DNA of 64,000 nucleotides from Candidatus Poribacteria bacterium (lineage in GTDB: Bacteria; Poribacteria; WGA-4E; WGA-3G). The notes under the pieces were generated by a model, which was not told where the DNA came from, searched no databases, and saw only the letters and a list, made by a program, of their open reading frames with translations. The translations under genes and the position numbers were made by a program. Of this stretch, positions 39,649-50,695 are shown one piece after another. The stretch's first letter is position 1. Every line of letters starts with the position of its first letter. The stretch is from assembly GCA_963663765.2 (NCBI GenBank), contig CAXXUA010000005.1, positions 896,001-960,000 on the forward strand, given 5' to 3'.

Positions 39649-40716
39649 ATGTATAAAACAGAAAAACCCCTTTTCGTTGCGGGAACAGAAGGATATAATA
39701 CATTTCGTATTCCAGCACTTGCCGCATCAAACAAAGGTACACTGCTGGCATTCTGCGAAGGCAGACGCAAAGGTGGCGGTGATTCAGGCGACATAGATAT
39801 CGTTTTGAAACGGAGTTTTGACAATGGTGACACATGGCAACCGATCCAAGTTGCTGTTTCCACAGGTGCAGATACAGATGGTAATCCAGCTCCCGTTGTT
39901 GACCGAGATACTGGCACCATCTGGTTACTTTTCTGCAAAAACTTTGCCGATGGCGGAGAAGGTAAAATCATTGCTGGAGAAGCACCGCGGACTGTTTGGG
40001 TGACCTCAAGCACTGACGATGGAGAAACTTGGGCAGAACCGAAAGACATCACTGCCGACACAAAATTGGATACATGGACATGGTATGCAACAGGACCTTG
40101 CCACGGAATCCAATTGGCAAGTGGCAGAATGGTTATCCCGTGTGATCATGTGCTTGGAAACAGTCGCAACTATGCTGAAACAGGCTATTCGCATCTCATC
40201 GTGAGTGATGACCATGGCGAAACGTGGCGGATCGCAGGGGAAGCGCAACCCGGCACAAACGAATCTGTCGTCGTTGAGACTGTGGATGGCGATCTCTATT
40301 TCAACTGCCGAAACTATGTCGCACCGAAACGACGTGCTTATACGTGGAGTTCTGACGGTGGTGATACGTTCACTGAGTTCGGTTACGATGACGACTTAAT
40401 TGAACCGATCTGCCAAGCCAGCATGATGCGTTATACAGATGCTAACTCACACGACAAAAACCGTGTTCTGTTTTCAAACCCAGCAAGCACTGGACGCGAA
40501 AAAATGACAATACGTTTGAGTTATGACGAGTGTCGCAGCTGGAATGCTGGCAAAGTCCTGCACGCAGGTCCCGCTGCCTATTCCGACCTATGTATAGACA
40601 CAGACATGAATATATGCTGTCTCTATGAACGCGGTGAGCGCGGTGCTTCTGAAACGTTGTCCTTCGCAAAGTTCGACTTAGCATGGTTAACGGATGGAGA
40701 GGATACGTTGACTTAA
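39649..40716 (+). CDS. Exo-alpha-sialidase (GH33), no signal peptide
   Basis: FRIP motif, Asp-boxes (SFDNGDTW, STDDGETW, SDDHGETW, SSDGGDTF), AYSDL, LYE. Confidence 0.93.
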   Translation: MYKTEKPLFVAGTEGYNTFRIPALAASNKGTLLAFCEGRRKGGGDSGDIDIVLKRSFDNGDTWQPIQVAVSTGADTDGNPAPVVDRDTGTIWLLFCKNFADGGEGKIIAGEAPRTVWVTSSTDDGETWAEPKDITADTKLDTWTWYATGPCHGIQLASGRMVIPCDHVLGNSRNYAETGYSHLIVSDDHGETWRIAGEAQPGTNESVVVETVDGDLYFNCRNYVAPKRRAYTWSSDGGDTFTEFGYDDDLIEPICQASMMRYTDANSHDKNRVLFSNPASTGREKMTIRLSYDECRSWNAGKVLHAGPAAYSDLCIDTDMNICCLYERGERGASETLSFAKFDLAWLTDGEDTLT

Positions 40717-40814
40717 TAAAAGGTTCACGTATTTCTTTACCGTATAGCGGTTGGAGCTTTTTACACCGCGGATGCTGTTTTTGCGAATATCTGATTTGAA
40801 AAACACGTTATTCT

Positions 40815-41546
40815 ATGTTAAAATATAATTCTATCAAACCGAAAGTCTATGTTGAAGCAACAGTTGTTAGTTACTTAGTAGCAAGACCCAGCAATAATCC
40901 AATAATAGCATCTCGACAATGGGCAACCCAGCAACTGTGGAAAAGTTATACCGATAGATTTGAATTCGTTATTTCAGAAATAGTCCTTACCGAAATTCAA
41001 CGGGGGGACGCAACCGCAGCACAGCAACGAATTAACGTGGTTTCAACTCTTCCAGTACTTGAGAACAAACCAGAAACTAATGTGCTTGTACAGAAAATGT
41101 TAGATGATGGGGCAGTACCACCAAATTCTGCACCTGATGCACAACATATTGCAATTGCAACGGTGCACGGTATTGAGTATTTGGTGTCATGGAATCACAA
41201 ACATATTGTAAATAAACACAAGCGTGAACATATCAATCAAGTTTGCCAAGAAGCAGGATTTGTACCAATAACTTTATGTACACCCATTGAACTGATGGAG
41301 CAAAGTCAGATGAAAGAAACACAAGAAAAACAACAAGAATTTGATCCTGAAACATATACAGATCCTATTCTTGAGGAATGCTATCGAATTAAAGCAGAGA
41401 TTAGCGCACAATTCAAAACTTTGGACGAATTTTTTGCCTATCTAAAAGATAAGGAAGAAGAGGGTAAACGGAACGGGATAAAATATGTTTCGTATTATGA
41501 TCCATCCAAACATAAAGCACAGGAAAAATCTGAGGACGATATCTGA
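40815..41546 (+). CDS. PIN-domain protein fused to a small DPI-x-EE-type C-terminal domain
   Basis: KPKVYVEATVVSYL, DAQHIAIA, LVSWN.KHI, TPIEL; then internal GGAG-N9-ATG (41310) MKE...DPILEECYRIK. Confidence 0.8.
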   Translation: MLKYNSIKPKVYVEATVVSYLVARPSNNPIIASRQWATQQLWKSYTDRFEFVISEIVLTEIQRGDATAAQQRINVVSTLPVLENKPETNVLVQKMLDDGAVPPNSAPDAQHIAIATVHGIEYLVSWNHKHIVNKHKREHINQVCQEAGFVPITLCTPIELMEQSQMKETQEKQQEFDPETYTDPILEECYRIKAEISAQFKTLDEFFAYLKDKEEEGKRNGIKYVSYYDPSKHKAQEKSEDDI

Positions 41547-41582
41547 ACAATCGCACAATTTTCAAAAATAGGTGGAGTAATA

Positions 41583-42428
41583 CTAACGCACATATTCTTC
41601 GCCACGATGCTCTGCTATCCATGTCTTTAACGGCACATCGGCATCTGTCGGTTGCCACCAACCTTTGATGTTCACACCATCCCCTAACAACTGCCGTCTA
41701 ATTGGATCGCATTTCTCAAGTATCTCTTGTGGCATCAGGTTGTAATCCAATCCACGCAACCAACGATAACTATACCCCATAAACAATACCTTCCGCGTTG
41801 CATCGGAATAGTTTCTGCCTCTTGAGTGCCACATCCTTCGGTCGAATAGCACAGCGGTTCCTCGTTTAACGAGTAGATCCATTTCACCCTCAGGATCGCC
41901 TTCAGGATCATGTCGTGGTGGTAATTTGTCAAGTTTGTGGCTACCGGGAATAAGCCGCATTGCTCCGTTGTCACGATGCATCACGTCGCTTAGCCAATAA
42001 CTCACCTTCAGTGAAAGTCTGGGATGTGGACGTTCCATCTCTGGAATTGGTCTGCCACCGTCTTGATGCCAACCTGCTCCTTTTACAATACGTTCTGCAT
42101 CGGTAGGTTCTGGTGGATACATAATCAGATGTGAGATGTAGAGTTGGATATTCCAACCCAAAATATCCCAGAGCAGCGGAAACACCTTTTTATTGTCAAG
42201 CAATTCCAACAGTAGATCGTCTTCAATGACAGTGCGGAATTTGGCTAATATTTTGTGTGGAGCTAATCCGGTTTTCATGCGTTCTTCAGCATCAATACGA
42301 TCAGCGACATTCTCTAACGCATCTGTCATCTCAGAACTTATTGCGTCCTCAACAATGAGGTAGCCGTTATCATTGAATGCTTTGAGTTGTTCATCAGTAG
42401 CACAGTATTCAAGCCAAGTCGTATCCAT
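41583..42428 (-). CDS. Phytanoyl-CoA dioxygenase (PhyH) family Fe(II)/2OG enzyme
   Basis: F..NGYL, WHQDG, NGAM..IPGSH, FDRRMWH, R. Confidence 0.9.
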   Translation of the reverse strand: MDTTWLEYCATDEQLKAFNDNGYLIVEDAISSEMTDALENVADRIDAEERMKTGLAPHKILAKFRTVIEDDLLLELLDNKKVFPLLWDILGWNIQLYISHLIMYPPEPTDAERIVKGAGWHQDGGRPIPEMERPHPRLSLKVSYWLSDVMHRDNGAMRLIPGSHKLDKLPPRHDPEGDPEGEMDLLVKRGTAVLFDRRMWHSRGRNYSDATRKVLFMGYSYRWLRGLDYNLMPQEILEKCDPIRRQLLGDGVNIKGWWQPTDADVPLKTWIAEHRGEEYVR

Positions 42429-42471
42429 TTGTTATCTCATAGAATAGTTCTGCAGTTTATGAGTCTGAAGA

Positions 42472-43686
42472 CTATTCATCTTCAACACGTTCAATAATCT
42501 CACCTGTTTCACGGTCTCTGTAGATGCGTTTCATCCTGCCGTCCGGCATCCGTTCATCCTTGAGATGAGCATAACGTTCATCCTCGTCAGATTGACCTGA
42601 ATGTACGTCAACAGTTTCATCTTCAGCTCGCCAGTCATCCAGTTCAACTGCTTCCCACTGTTTAGACTTCGCGGATTTGTAGCAAGCATCAATGATCGCA
42701 TTCACGACATAACCGTCGTAGAAGGTTTCCATTGGTTCTCTACCTTCGTCCATTGCATTGAACATATCAAGGAACATATCCCGATACCCGAGTTCAGCGA
42801 CCTCATCACCGACAGGAAAAAGCCAACCCGTGTCTCCTTCTGCTTTTTCAGCGACATAGCCACCTTGTCCGACTGCGGTGAACATCTCAAAACCTGTTCG
42901 GAGCCAGTGATTGAGCCAAATTGTGCCTTCGCTGCCAGAGACTTCATCGCGCAGATCCATACCACCACGAAATGCCCAACCGACCTCAAACTGTCCCATT
43001 GCACCGCTTTCAAACCGAATGAGCGCGATACCGTGATCCTCTGCATCAATTGGATGCACAAGCGTATCTGCCCAACACATCACTTCAAGCGGTTTGTTGT
43101 TCTTACCAACGAAATTCCGTATAATCTCTATACAATGGCATCCCATATCAACGATCGCACCGCCACCCGCTTGCTCCAAATCCCAAAACCAATCGCTATG
43201 CGGACCAGGATGTGTCTCACGAGAACGCACCCATAGGATTTTCCCGAGCGCTCCATTTTGAACAGACTCCAACGCCTTTATGGTTTTCGGAGGATACACT
43301 AAGTCCTCAAGATAACCACCAAAAACGCCTGCATTTTCAACAAGGTCAAGCATCGTTTTCGCTTCTTCCGCAGTGCGTCCGAGTGGTTTCGTGCAGAAAA
43401 TCGCCTTTCCCGCTGCCGCCGCAAGTTCAACAGCCTTCAGATGCAGGTTGTTCGGTAATCCGATAACAACTACATCCGTTTCTGGATGGTTGATCGCTTC
43501 TGCTAAATCTGTTGTTGCATTCGGAATGTCCCACTCTTTCGCAAAATCCATTGCGCGTTCCTCGCGCCGAGAGTACACAACATGCACGCGATCGGCACCA
43601 CGTTGATTGTGTAACGTCATCGTGTAAAACATTCCGATTAAACCCGACCCGAGCATAGTTACTTTATGGTTTTTATGTTCTGACAT
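42472..43686 (-). CDS. Gfo/Idh/MocA family oxidoreductase
   Basis: [28 protein letters not shown]; ATG 43686 with GGAG RBS preferred. Confidence 0.9.
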   Translation of the reverse strand: MSEHKNHKVTMLGSGLIGMFYTMTLHNQRGADRVHVVYSRREERAMDFAKEWDIPNATTDLAEAINHPETDVVVIGLPNNLHLKAVELAAAAGKAIFCTKPLGRTAEEAKTMLDLVENAGVFGGYLEDLVYPPKTIKALESVQNGALGKILWVRSRETHPGPHSDWFWDLEQAGGGAIVDMGCHCIEIIRNFVGKNNKPLEVMCWADTLVHPIDAEDHGIALIRFESGAMGQFEVGWAFRGGMDLRDEVSGSEGTIWLNHWLRTGFEMFTAVGQGGYVAEKAEGDTGWLFPVGDEVAELGYRDMFLDMFNAMDEGREPMETFYDGYVVNAIIDACYKSAKSKQWEAVELDDWRAEDETVDVHSGQSDEDERYAHLKDERMPDGRMKRIYRDRETGEIIERVEDE

Positions 43687-43751
43687 GCATTTCTCCATTA
43701 GAAGTGTTATTGTAAAGAGAAAGGGAAGGTTGTTGGACCTTTCCCACAATA

Positions 43752-44825
43752 TTATTCTGTTTTGTAGGTTGCAATCACACCCCAATCGTCTACCGTCCAG
43801 CAGTGGTTCTTATCTGTAGCATGCACTCCTTTGAGAGCACCACTCCCGCCAGCTTTCGTAGCAGTCCAGGTCATCCCACCATCTGTGGTATTCAAAACAG
43901 CACTATATTCTCCGACTGCCCAACCCACCATCTTATCCACAAACATAATATCATAGAGATTGTCAATTGAGTCAGTTTTCTGCTGTTTCCAAGTCTTTCC
44001 ACCATCGTTGGTATGCAGGATCAATCCCTCCTGTCCTGAAATCCATCCAGTTTTTTCATCGGCAAAATGGATACCGAACAAGTTGTTATCAAAACCAGCC
44101 TTCCGTTTTTCCCAATTTTCACCACCATCATTAGTATGCAAGAGTGTTCCATAAGAACCAATAATCCAACCTGTGGTCGGTGTAACAAACAATACATTCT
44201 CCAGATTGTTCCGTGTTTCCCCAACGCGCGCGCGTTCAGAACTACCGACCCATGTTTCACCACCATCGGTCGTTTTCAAAATTGCGTTTTCTGTTCCTAC
44301 GATAAAACCGACCTTTTCGCTGATCATCTGTATCCCCATCAAACTGGAACGTATACCACCTCTACGACGGTTATTATTATTTTGGTTTGCTGCTTGAGTT
44401 CTCGCCATTTTTCGATTCCAAGTTTTTCCACCATCTTCAGTTTTTAGTATCGTGCCTCTTGCACCTGTAAGAAAACCTATCTTCTCATTGACAAAATAGA
44501 TATTGTAAAGTGTTGGCAAACCACCTGGGGGACCTCCACCACCCGGTCTCTGTTCTGTCGTAGCACCTGCCGGACGCGTATTTATCTCTTTTTTCGTCCA
44601 AGTTTTCCCACCATCCACAGTAACAAGTATCAAACCTTTGTCTCCAACGACCATACCGTTTTGATTGTCCATAAAATGAACATCATGTAACATCCCTTCA
44701 ATACCATCACCACGAATAATATCGTCTTCTCTGAGTATCATCCACTTCCCATCAGCCGTCACAAGTAGAATCGGAATCGTGATGCCGACAATTACTAACA
44801 AAACAACAATAACTTTTCTGTTCAT
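43752..44825 (-). CDS. YCF48/BNR-repeat beta-propeller protein, exported
   Basis: Signal/TM segment; repeated L..V.F....GW..G..G.IL.T.DGG.TW. Confidence 0.88.
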   Translation of the reverse strand: MNRKVIVVLLVIVGITIPILLVTADGKWMILREDDIIRGDGIEGMLHDVHFMDNQNGMVVGDKGLILVTVDGGKTWTKKEINTRPAGATTEQRPGGGGPPGGLPTLYNIYFVNEKIGFLTGARGTILKTEDGGKTWNRKMARTQAANQNNNNRRRGGIRSSLMGIQMISEKVGFIVGTENAILKTTDGGETWVGSSERARVGETRNNLENVLFVTPTTGWIIGSYGTLLHTNDGGENWEKRKAGFDNNLFGIHFADEKTGWISGQEGLILHTNDGGKTWKQQKTDSIDNLYDIMFVDKMVGWAVGEYSAVLNTTDGGMTWTATKAGGSGALKGVHATDKNHCWTVDDWGVIATYKTE

Positions 44826-44884
44826 GATTATCTCCTTCGTATATCCATTGCATATAAACTTTATGTCTATTTTAGAACTTACAA

Positions 44885-47071
44885 CTAAATCGCTTGAAAA
44901 TCTTCATATATCTGTCGTGCTTTGTTCTCAACATCTCTTAAATAAGTTTGACCAATTTGCGTTTTGTAAAGTTCGGTAAGCTCTCCACTGGTTTCACCAA
45001 AAGCTTTGGCGTATCTTCTGCATTCGTTTTTGTCAGGTCCTGAGGCGTAAGTTTTAGTTTTAGCATCTGTTCCAGACTTGCGGATTTCAACAAACATCTC
45101 TGCAAACTTTAGGTACGTGCCATCTCCAACAAATGTAACATTTTCAAGCATCGTGAAATCAAGCCCCGGCAGCGCATCTGAAAGGATAGCACGCGCTTCT
45201 TCCAAATCTATCTTTCCCTCACGCAGTGCAATAGCAATTCCGAGAAAGAATAGATCGTTTTTATCGCGTTTTGCTTCGCCTTCCTGCTTGGATGCGCGGA
45301 GTTTTTCTGGATTCGGTTCCGACTCATTGTAATAGGTAATATCTTCTCTCACATCACATCTTGCAGTGATTTTGCTCTCTTCAAAAATCGATGCAAGATA
45401 CTCAGACAAAGGTATATCCGCTTGTTTGCAGTGCGCAGCAAGTGCCGTGACTAACACCATAGACTCACCTGCAGATTTCTCCCGCATCGCTATAGCAGTC
45501 CTACCACCTTGGCTACGGATAAGTTCTTCAGGTCCGGTAATCATGCCGCCACTCTCTTCACCAGCAAAGATGAGACGTGGCTGCACACCAAGCGAAATCG
45601 TCTCACCGTAAACATCTTGGACAACAACGGGGGTATCTGGTTCATCGGCTATCTGCTTCTCAATTTTCTTCATGATTGCAGCGATCTCTTTGAAACCTAC
45701 AGGCACGTTAATCACATTCACCTCATTTGCAGCAGCCCATTGGTCCCAAGCAAGTGCGGATGGTGTGGTCTTTATCATAAACCGCGGATGTTCTCCCCAA
45801 AGACCAGCAGTTTTCAACTGTTTGGTATGGAAGTCCATTAACATCAGAAATGCTTGATTAGGCGTATAAATCGTAAGCAGTCGGTCATCATCAAACGTCA
45901 GAAATTCCACTCCGAGTTTTTGGAGATGTTCAGCACGCGAGGTCTCTTCTAATTGACACACAATTAACCGATCCCCATCCGGATCGGTCACTTCAACAAT
46001 TGTACCAATAGGTTGGTCCTTGAGTTTGGAAGCATAATCAGCAGATTGGACGACATCCAGAATGCTAAAATCGCATCCGAGGTCGTAAAATTCCTTCTCA
46101 CCTGTTTTCGGATTTCTGTCCAGTTTGCCGATGTTGTGGTAGAGTGGATCCGCTTCAACGTGAAGCCAACACACAGCGTTCGCTATCCCTAACCGCTCAA
46201 AAATCGCACGCATCGGACGATACATACACCCACCCACACAATCAACAACAATCGGAGGTTTCGTCTCGCGAATAAGGCTCAGGTTGGCATCTGTGGCAAC
46301 ACCGCTTTTGAGATAACCGACATATAGCTGCACGCCGTCGTGAAGTTCATCTAACCGTTCAAAGTCAATATGCTCATCGTTGACAGCACTAAACCGAATC
46401 GGATACCCATCCGTTTCTGCGATCTTGAGAATTGTCTCAATCTTCTTGACAAACTGCATAGACTCTTCGGGTAGGTATTGACTCCCTTGATTATTTAGGT
46501 CCTTGGTCGCATTCTTGGTGCTAACAGAATGGCTTGATGTGACATGCTCACCCCCATCCAAATCAAGCATGAATATAAGGAACGATGCCATCCAAATCGG
46601 CAACGTGCCAAACCCTTTCGGTACATAAGTCCGTATCTCTTGTGCTGCTTGAACCCGAGCAATAAACTCAACATATTTCTGTGAGTTATATCGCACCTCA
46701 CAACCCGCAAGTTTCTCTACGGTTTTCCCATCGGATTTCTCCTTCGCAACGAGACTTTTTCCAAGTGTCGCTAAGATGATACCAACCTGATTGATCGGAA
46801 AGCGCGTATCCCACGGATACAGAATGTTTTGGGGACCACGTATACCTGCGGTTGATACTTGTGCCTCTTTCGCATAGTTGCCAAACCATTCCCATAGATT
46901 CAACCGTTCAATCAATTCCTTGTTGAGTAGGAATGTAAATGCATCGGGTTCGTCCTGAAGAAAAAGTGGAGATTTGATTGAGTCAGGGGTGTTTTGTTCA
47001 ACAACTGCCAAGAGTTGCTGTTCTGTTCTGTTTCGTTTTTCAAGGGACGCTGCGTCTACAGCAATAACCAT
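44885..47071 (-). CDS. Atypical alpha-D-phosphohexomutase (PGM/PMM superfamily)
   Basis: STAGIRG, TSSHS, DPDGDR, PVGFK, GEESGG, RKSGTD. Confidence 0.8.
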   Translation of the reverse strand: MVIAVDAASLEKRNRTEQQLLAVVEQNTPDSIKSPLFLQDEPDAFTFLLNKELIERLNLWEWFGNYAKEAQVSTAGIRGPQNILYPWDTRFPINQVGIILATLGKSLVAKEKSDGKTVEKLAGCEVRYNSQKYVEFIARVQAAQEIRTYVPKGFGTLPIWMASFLIFMLDLDGGEHVTSSHSVSTKNATKDLNNQGSQYLPEESMQFVKKIETILKIAETDGYPIRFSAVNDEHIDFERLDELHDGVQLYVGYLKSGVATDANLSLIRETKPPIVVDCVGGCMYRPMRAIFERLGIANAVCWLHVEADPLYHNIGKLDRNPKTGEKEFYDLGCDFSILDVVQSADYASKLKDQPIGTIVEVTDPDGDRLIVCQLEETSRAEHLQKLGVEFLTFDDDRLLTIYTPNQAFLMLMDFHTKQLKTAGLWGEHPRFMIKTTPSALAWDQWAAANEVNVINVPVGFKEIAAIMKKIEKQIADEPDTPVVVQDVYGETISLGVQPRLIFAGEESGGMITGPEELIRSQGGRTAIAMREKSAGESMVLVTALAAHCKQADIPLSEYLASIFEESKITARCDVREDITYYNESEPNPEKLRASKQEGEAKRDKNDLFFLGIAIALREGKIDLEEARAILSDALPGLDFTMLENVTFVGDGTYLKFAEMFVEIRKSGTDAKTKTYASGPDKNECRRYAKAFGETSGELTELYKTQIGQTYLRDVENKARQIYEDFQAI

Positions 47072-47197
47072 TACTATACTCCGAAATAGGTTTTGCGGTT
47101 ATTATAGCATATACTGTAGATTTTGTGGGAGATAATTTGATGGGATTTATTGGGTTGGTATCAGTTGAGGGCAGTTTGGCGAGATGCCACTTTTTCG

Positions 47198-47614
47198 TTA
47201 GTTTTTCCAATCCTCCAAACGCAATCCCAACTCAATTATTCTTTCGTAATCGGAATCAGAAGCAACAAGAATTGCATCAAGAGTTAAAGCTGTCGCAGCA
47301 ATCCAAAGGTCGCCTTCACCTAAAGGCGTCCCTTGTTGTTCAGCAGCAACTTTTATCTGTGCATAGACCTCGCTAACCCTCTCTGGAATTGGGTCACACG
47401 GAACTGTAGCAAATAGTTCATTTGCTCTTTGTTCAAGGTCTTGTTTTCTTTTTCCTGCGGGTAGTCGACCAATTCCGAATAGAATTTCACCCTTAACGAT
47501 GGGACAAGTAAAATGGTAATCCGACTCAGTCAGAGAATCAAAACGCCCTTTTACTCCAGGATTATCCTGCATCAACAAACTACATGTTGATGTATCCAAG
47601 AGATATTTATTCAT
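47198..47614 (-). CDS. vapC: VapC PIN-domain toxin
   Basis: YLLDTS, IVKGEILFG, GDLWIAATAL, LVASDSDY, EDW. Confidence 0.92.
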   Translation of the reverse strand: MNKYLLDTSTCSLLMQDNPGVKGRFDSLTESDYHFTCPIVKGEILFGIGRLPAGKRKQDLEQRANELFATVPCDPIPERVSEVYAQIKVAAEQQGTPLGEGDLWIAATALTLDAILVASDSDYERIIELGLRLEDWKN

Positions 47615-50331
47615 TATTTATTACTTTTATCCGAATCAAAGGGCGAATCAAACTTTATAGGTATTTCCCCCTCTTTTATTGACTGATTGAGTGCTTCAAT
47701 GTCTCCATCAGTGAGATACGGTGGCTTATCCATCGCTTTGATGAGACGTTGTGCTGTAGGATTTTTTCTTTTTGTATGGTCCTGATTCTGATCTGATTCT
47801 GTCCAAGTGCGGAACTGCTGTAAAATTTCAGGTCCCACTCTGACTGAAACAGCGGGATGTACTGCAAGTAGAATCTGACCGATTTTTTTCTTACCAGTTT
47901 CACTACTCTTACAGACTTGTTCTATTTCTGGCACTGTAACCATAGGCATTTTTAATGCTGCGCGAAATTTTATTTTTTCAAGCCACTGTGCAGAAAGTAG
48001 TCCTGCTAAACCTGTCACAACAGGGTCTAGCCATGTTAATTTATTAATGACAGCTTGTGCAATGAATGCATGTGCATAAAAAAGGTGTTTTGGATCCGTT
48101 TTGCTATTATAAACGATCTTAAATGCTGCTACAAGCCGTTCCATAGGTTCGGTATCTTGTGCTTCTATCATTGTTAAAACGTTGTTTTGTTCTCTCAATA
48201 ACGTCGTTTCAATCAAATCAAGAGCAGAAAATACTTTTTCTTTTATAGGTAGTTCAGACGAATTTGTACGCCATATAGATAGCATTTCATGTGTATCACT
48301 GTCTGTCCGCATTCTAACAATAAGCGCAGCAATAAAAATTGCAATGATGTTATCAGCAGAGGCAAAGTCGGACAGATCAGAATTAGTTATAGGATAAGTT
48401 CCTTTTTCCGCAGCTCCTCTATCGCTTTGTTGGTGTTTCTTCATTGAACTAAATACTTGCGCTAACTGATATATTTGTTGTGGTAGATTATCAAAAGTCT
48501 TGTTTTTAAAATCATATTGTGCTTTAAGGATAACAAGGGAAAAGTCCAATATTGGATGTTTTTCTTTGTCTTTCATTTGTAAGGCATGTTGAAAAACTGT
48601 CGTCTCATGCCCAAATCTGTACTCAATTTGCGCTAAAGAGAGCCAAGAATATCCTATAGGAGAATCAGGTAAATCTAAAACTTTTTCGTTAGTCTCCGTA
48701 TTGCTACAGAAACCTGCAGAAGGTTCAGTAAGTTCTGAAGATTTATTTTCAAGTCCGCACCATATCATCCATATCCATTTTATAGTGTAATCTAATCGTT
48801 TCTTTAAAGTGAAATACTGAAGGTCTGTATTGTCTTGAGATAGTGTCTCAAAATCTCGCAACGCAAGATGCATAAATTTTATGCAGTTCAACATATTACC
48901 TGACTTAAAGTAAGCAAATCCCGCATCTGTATACAAACTGATATATCTTTCGGTGTTTTCAATCTCTTGAGTTTTATTAGCTCCCTCTTCAAAAAAGCGA
49001 GCTGCTTTCTTCCAATCGTCCAAGTAAGCTGCACATATAGCGGCTCTGCGATATTCCTCTAAGGGGCCAATGTTTACTTGACCTGAAGGTGGATTCCATT
49101 TTGGAAGAATACGTTCGTAAATATTGAGCGCGTCTTTGTAATGTTTCTGATTAAAGTATACGACTGCTTGTGCTTCTTCTATCGTTGGTAAAGTACCAAG
49201 TTTTAATGTAATATCTTGAAGAACTTTATGAGCGGTATTTGGGTCGCTCAATTTTTCGTCATGGGTGATGGCTTTAATTCTTGCTGATGCAGCAGCAATA
49301 TATGGATAACCCCATGCAATAGTTTTTTCAATTACTTTATCAAAAACTTCAAGGCATCTTGTCCAATTAGGATTTTCAAGTTTTTCCTCTGTTAACCAAA
49401 TTCCATTAATCAAAAGTTGGGATTCAATGTTATCATTCTCAAAGTCAGCCAATAATAACGTTCTAATTCTTGGATCAAGTTCATCCAGTGTATCAATAAG
49501 TTCATTGAGGAAAACAGCGTTGATTTCTGGACGCATATAGATAAAACTAAATAGGAAACTGAAATAGTTTGATTTTTTAATGTTGTATTCTTCCAATTGT
49601 CCCATGGAAATATGATATTCTTCCCAGAGCTCTTTATCCCTGTCTCTGATATCGATCATTTCTTTAAGGTAACCTACCAACTTCTTGGCTGGTAGTGTCA
49701 CTTGATTATATTTTAATATCTCTGTTGCCAGCATTAGACGAGATAGAAGATATGACTGGTGTGGTTCATAAGGTTTGGTTTCCTTATCCCAAATTTCAAG
49801 TATCTTTGGAACTAATTCTGGCTTCACCTCAACGGCAATGCGATATTGCATTGACCGAAATAGTTGATTTACAAACGCATAGCCAGGGAATAATTCTTCA
49901 GGAGGATTGGTTTTAATGTTTGTAATCCATGAGAATTCTTGACAAATATTTTCCCAATCATCCTCTGGAGCGGTTAGTAATGATCTTATGGCAGCTATAA
50001 TCCTTTCTTCATCTTGATCATGTGTGCTTTGTATTGGAGATTGGATAGCAATATCAGATAAACCACTAATAAATAACATATTAGTAGAATCAGGCAATTT
50101 AGTATGAGTCGCGTGCATACGCGGATGTTGTAAATACTGACTAGAAATCCTTTGTGTTGTTTGTTCCTCACCTTTCAGATAAAGGAATTCATCACCAGCA
50201 CAGTCTAACTGCACATTTGCAAGGACGACAAGTGGATAGTCCCCTTGTAAAGGATAATTTACTTGATGCATAGTATCTGCATGGTGCATTATCTTTCTCT
50301 CCCGACACAAACTAAATGGTTTACTCGGCAA
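47614..50331 (-). CDS. Large TPR/helical-repeat protein with antitoxin-like C-terminal tail (start uncertain)
   Basis: TPR-like motifs (AVVYFNQKHYKDALNIYE, AAICAAYLDDWKKAARFF, AGFAYFKSGN); TAATG coupling to vapC. Confidence 0.65.
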   Translation of the reverse strand: MPSKPFSLCRERKIMHHADTMHQVNYPLQGDYPLVVLANVQLDCAGDEFLYLKGEEQTTQRISSQYLQHPRMHATHTKLPDSTNMLFISGLSDIAIQSPIQSTHDQDEERIIAAIRSLLTAPEDDWENICQEFSWITNIKTNPPEELFPGYAFVNQLFRSMQYRIAVEVKPELVPKILEIWDKETKPYEPHQSYLLSRLMLATEILKYNQVTLPAKKLVGYLKEMIDIRDRDKELWEEYHISMGQLEEYNIKKSNYFSFLFSFIYMRPEINAVFLNELIDTLDELDPRIRTLLLADFENDNIESQLLINGIWLTEEKLENPNWTRCLEVFDKVIEKTIAWGYPYIAAASARIKAITHDEKLSDPNTAHKVLQDITLKLGTLPTIEEAQAVVYFNQKHYKDALNIYERILPKWNPPSGQVNIGPLEEYRRAAICAAYLDDWKKAARFFEEGANKTQEIENTERYISLYTDAGFAYFKSGNMLNCIKFMHLALRDFETLSQDNTDLQYFTLKKRLDYTIKWIWMIWCGLENKSSELTEPSAGFCSNTETNEKVLDLPDSPIGYSWLSLAQIEYRFGHETTVFQHALQMKDKEKHPILDFSLVILKAQYDFKNKTFDNLPQQIYQLAQVFSSMKKHQQSDRGAAEKGTYPITNSDLSDFASADNIIAIFIAALIVRMRTDSDTHEMLSIWRTNSSELPIKEKVFSALDLIETTLLREQNNVLTMIEAQDTEPMERLVAAFKIVYNSKTDPKHLFYAHAFIAQAVINKLTWLDPVVTGLAGLLSAQWLEKIKFRAALKMPMVTVPEIEQVCKSSETGKKKIGQILLAVHPAVSVRVGPEILQQFRTWTESDQNQDHTKRKNPTAQRLIKAMDKPPYLTDGDIEALNQSIKEGEIPIKFDSPFDSDKSNK

Positions 50332-50695
50332 TTAATATTTGTATTTTGGACACCCTAAATTCACCCACCTTTATCCCCCTGAAAGCGAGGGGAAGGGACT
50401 TTTTGGTTTTTTCTGTCCGTTCTATATATAATAAAATATAATAAATGTTTAGCGAGTAAATCACTAAAGGGTGTGAAATTAGACATTATACAAACTATTT
50501 ATACATTGGCAACTTGAGTATATCACATTATCAGGCAAAAATCAAGACACCCTGCAGACTATATCTACTCCAAAATCAGATTCTCATACATATCAACTAT
50601 CCTTAAACATTAAGATTTCTTGATTTACTTAGCAAAATTATGTACAATATCTTATCAGTAACATGACAAATTCAAAGGCAAAAATGGAGGTCATG

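Noticed and set aside
39180-43236. Long antisense ORFs (39180-40061, 42601-43236)
   Set aside because: They overlap well-supported genes on the opposite strand and have no recognisable motifs
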